64,000 nucleotides of DNA from Raillietiella orientalis (taxonomy: Eukaryota), in assembly GCA_036172245.1 (NCBI GenBank), contig JAYWIR010000007.1:3968001-4032000 (forward strand), in the 5' to 3' direction. Below, piece by piece: positions 63,401 to 64,000 of this stretch. Within the stretch, counting starts at the first letter, position 1, and the number at the start of each line of letters is the position of its first letter. The translations under genes and the position numbers were made by a program. The notes under the pieces are model-generated. The model was not told the DNA's origin. It made no database searches and saw only the letters and a list, made by a program, of their open reading frames with translations.

Positions 63401-64000
63401 GCGCGATTCATTCCCATCATCAAACCAACGGGATCGCGGATCGGCAGTCTCCGGGTGTTTCGTCTCTTCCCGCGATGGCATTGTGCCCGCAAGGCGCATC
63501 TTTCGTCGACCTGATTTAATGAAACGGGAAGCATAATCAATGGTCCGGTGAACGAAAGTTAGACGTCGGGTCTGCAGATTACGTCCCAGACGCCCGGACC
63601 ACCGTCCGCTGACGCGCTAAAAACAACTCGCAGCACTCGCTCATGTGCTCCCGCGAAACGCGAAGTGGGCTGCTTTCCCTCCTCCTCCTCAGCGGGGGAG
63701 GGTCATGCAAAAAGGTCTCGCGTTGGAAGACGGCAGTTTTCTAAGCACTCTTCTACTTCCGCCCGCCCCCCCTTCCGGGCCGAGGGAAGAGGAGAGGGGA
63801 GGAAAGGGAAGGGGGAGGAGGAGGCGATTCCTTCTCGAAAAGCGCGGGAGGAAGAGCCTTGCAAGGAAAAGGCGAGGGCCCCTCAGCAGTGGTGCGACCA
63901 CCGCAGACGGGCTTGCTAGCCGTCGGGTGCCGCTCCCGTTCGCCCGCACGCCGCCCAGTGAGTAGCGCGAGCTCTCCCTCCCACTGTCAAGATTTATTCC

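Larger units (their letters stand above)
52000..64000. other. GC- and CpG-rich block, largely non-coding by inspection
   Basis: Visible jump from AT-rich to strongly GC-rich sequence with abundant CpG, GA/CT homopurine tracts and (GCA)n runs. The many overlapping ORFs are Arg/Gly/Pro/Ser-rich in all frames with no recognisable domain. Confidence 0.8.

Overview
Eukaryotic (animal, most likely arthropod/invertebrate; not assignable further from sequence alone) nuclear DNA. About 1-52 kb is AT-rich and carries six spliced genes that I assembled by hand across mostly 39-60 nt GT-AG introns: proteasome alpha-6 (PSMA6, +), SmD2 (SNRPD2, -), the Hippo-pathway kinase Warts/LATS (+), an NPAT/Mxc histone-locus-body scaffold (+), a ribonuclease T2 (-) that the ORF track almost entirely misses, and fumarate hydratase (-). 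The RNase T2 is the most unusual gene: it has a signal peptide, a predicted C-terminal transmembrane anchor with a basic tail, Glu in place of the conserved CAS II Lys, and it lacks the N-terminal Cys pair. The NPAT-like protein carries a FLASH-type LEEGEI (ARS2-binding) motif, and the fumarase has Cys at a normally invariant Asp. A tRNA-headed, Deu/Nin-like SINE candidate lies at about 43-43.9 kb. From about 52 kb to the end the sequence turns sharply GC/CpG-rich with no recognisable protein family. That block contains a CRE + MEF2/TATA promoter-like cassette, a candidate first exon with a PxDLS motif, and a duplicated hairpin-forming unit. There are no prokaryotic features such as CRISPR arrays, rRNA or IS elements.
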